Shown: piece by piece, positions 62,523 through 64,000 of the stretch
Position numbering within the stretch: the first letter of the stretch is position 1
Layout of the letters: each line of letters starts with the position of its first letter
Origin: a virus
DNA: 64,000 nucleotides
Virus record (IMG/VR): IMGVR_UViG_3300045303_000221
Span: 23,893-87,892 of that record
Reading direction: 5' to 3' (one strand)
Notes under the pieces: model-generated
Database searches by the model: none
What the model was told of the DNA's origin: nothing
What the model saw: only the letters and a program-made list of their open reading frames with translations
Program-made: the position numbers and the translations under genes

Positions 62523-62918
62523 ATGCCGTACAGCCGACCCGGCCGGATGTTCTACACGGTCGCGACCAAGGCAGTCAACCACGGTGCGCCAGTCATCGAG
62601 CAGGGCGTCCCGGGCGTTGCTGTCAAGCAGCGCCGGGCAGGCTCTGGCGCAGGCTCGGGCACCCCGCAGTACCAGATCGCGATCACCGAACCGTTCGCGA
62701 TCATCACGAAGGGGCAGGTGCAGGTGGTCAACACCGGCTCCGGCCTCTCGGCGGCAGCGCCGGGCACGCCGATCTACATCATCGCGGCGTCGAACCTGCT
62801 CACGACCACGGCCGCGGGCAACGTCAAGTTCGGGATGCTGGTCGAGAACGCAACCGTTCGCGGCACCCCGGCGGGCTACTGCCGGATCGACCTGGACAAG
62901 CGGGACCTGTTCGTCTAG
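62523..62918 (+). CDS. head decoration/cement protein
   Basis: Small Gly/Ala/Val beta-rich protein between protease and MCP; GVAVK, GTPIYI, KFGML. Confidence 0.65.
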   Translation: MPYSRPGRMFYTVATKAVNHGAPVIEQGVPGVAVKQRRAGSGAGSGTPQYQIAITEPFAIITKGQVQVVNTGSGLSAAAPGTPIYIIAASNLLTTTAAGNVKFGMLVENATVRGTPAGYCRIDLDKRDLFV

Positions 62919-62960
62919 GCCGCCTGGGCAACTACGAGGGACACGGGAGAGACACAGAAA

Positions 62961-64000
62961 ATGCGACCTTACGGCGAGTACGGCCGCCCGATCGCGATCT
63001 TCGAGGCGTATCGCGAGTGGTCGGACATGCGGCTCCAGGAGGCCGACAGCCGCGCGGACTTCCCCGAGTTCCTGTTCGGGCCGGTCCGGACGGCCCTGTG
63101 GCACGCCTACGCGCGTGTCAACCCCCAGTGGCGGCGGTACACCTCCGTCGTCCCGCTGACCGACTTCCGCGAGCGGCGGCTGCGCGGGATCAACGGCCTC
63201 CGCGGGTTCGGGTACGTGGGCGACCACGGCGAGTACCCGGGGATGCGCCGCACCGAGCGGCTGCCCGCTGTGATCGCGCTGGACACCTACGGCGGCGTCT
63301 ACTCGATCACCCGGCAGTTGATCCTGTCGGACGACACCGGCGAACTGCTGAACCGCAACCCGGGCGACATGGGCTGGGAAGCGGGCCGGTTCGTCGGCGA
63401 GGCGATCGTCTCGCTCATCGAGTCCAACCCGACGGCCGCCGACGGCACGGCGTTCTTCCACTCGTCTCGCGGCAACACCGGCGTCGCGCCCCTCTCCGAG
63501 GACGCGCTCGCGGATGCGATCTCCTGGATGGAGGCGCAGCTTGACGACGACGGCAACCACATCATGATCCGCGCCAACGCGCTGCTCGTGAAGACGGCGC
63601 GGCTCCAGATGATCGCGAACCGCGTGCTCCGCTCCCAGGAGACGGGCACGAGCGTCACGATCGCGTCGGCGGCGGGTGCCGGGTCGAACATCTTCGACAA
63701 GGGCACGATCAACTCGCTGGAGGGCATCCTTCCGGCGGACGCTGTGATCCGCGAGCCGTTCCTCACGGACGCCAACGACTGGTATCTGTTCGCCGATCCG
63801 GCGGACGTGCCAGCCTTCGCGGTCGGCTTCCTGAACGGGAACGAGCAGCCGTTCGTCGGCCTCAAGGACCCGACGGTGCGGAACGCGCTCGGGGCCGGGA
63901 TGGACCCCTACACGTACGAGTTCGACTCGATCGACTTCAAGGTCCGGCACGACTTCGGCCTCGCGGCCGTCGATCCGCGCGGGGCATTCCGGAGCGTCGC
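62961..64000 (+). CDS. major capsid protein (Mu gpT-like HK97 fold), runs off the window
   Basis: Missing from ORF track (no stop). Translated: MRPYGEY...LQEADSRADFPEFL...LTDFRE...TYGGVYSITRQLILSDD...GFLNG...KVRHDFGLAAVDPRG. Confidence 0.9.
   Translation, partial: MRPYGEYGRPIAIFEAYREWSDMRLQEADSRADFPEFLFGPVRTALWHAYARVNPQWRRYTSVVPLTDFRERRLRGINGLRGFGYVGDHGEYPGMRRTERLPAVIALDTYGGVYSITRQLILSDDTGELLNRNPGDMGWEAGRFVGEAIVSLIESNPTAADGTAFFHSSRGNTGVAPLSEDALADAISWMEAQLDDDGNHIMIRANALLVKTARLQMIANRVLRSQETGTSVTIASAAGAGSNIFDKGTINSLEGILPADAVIREPFLTDANDWYLFADPADVPAFAVGFLNGNEQPFVGLKDPTVRNALGAGMDPYTYEFDSIDFKVRHDFGLAAVDPRGAFRSV

Overview
This 64 kb high-GC window is part of a large tailed-phage genome, probably from an Actinomycetota host (inferred from GC content, leaderless genes and surface-protein types). 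Genes are dense and almost all on the + strand. I saw no integrase, host housekeeping genes, tail genes or CRISPR array. The head module is widely dispersed: GpA-type terminase (4.9-6.6 kb), portal plus MuF protein (26.4-31.5 kb), then lysis genes, prohead protease/scaffold, decoration protein and a Mu-gpT-like major capsid protein (58.7-64 kb, capsid truncated by the window edge). The strongest signal is a shared peptide tag, (L/V/M/A)-x-E-(A/S)...(L)HPR-D-x-x-G-(R/K)-(W/F). It occurs about 17 times in 9 otherwise unrelated proteins, 8 times in one 3915-aa protein. There it separates modules: 4 zincin peptidases, several ART-like domains, a GNAT and a CCA-adding enzyme with HD domain. Tagged proteins also include an orphan HicA, a zeta-like kinase and the MuF protein. 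The same x-E|A sites recur in portal, protease and capsid protein. I infer a system in which cargo is packaged into the head and cut by the prohead protease into effectors. The window also has an atypical tRNA, a structured RNA ending in a tRNA-like domain, a second structured ncRNA candidate, and about 17 copies of a palindrome-plus-extended -10 promoter, often followed by a hairpin and an AGAGAGG ribosome-binding site. All domain calls are by-eye motif recognition; no searches were run.
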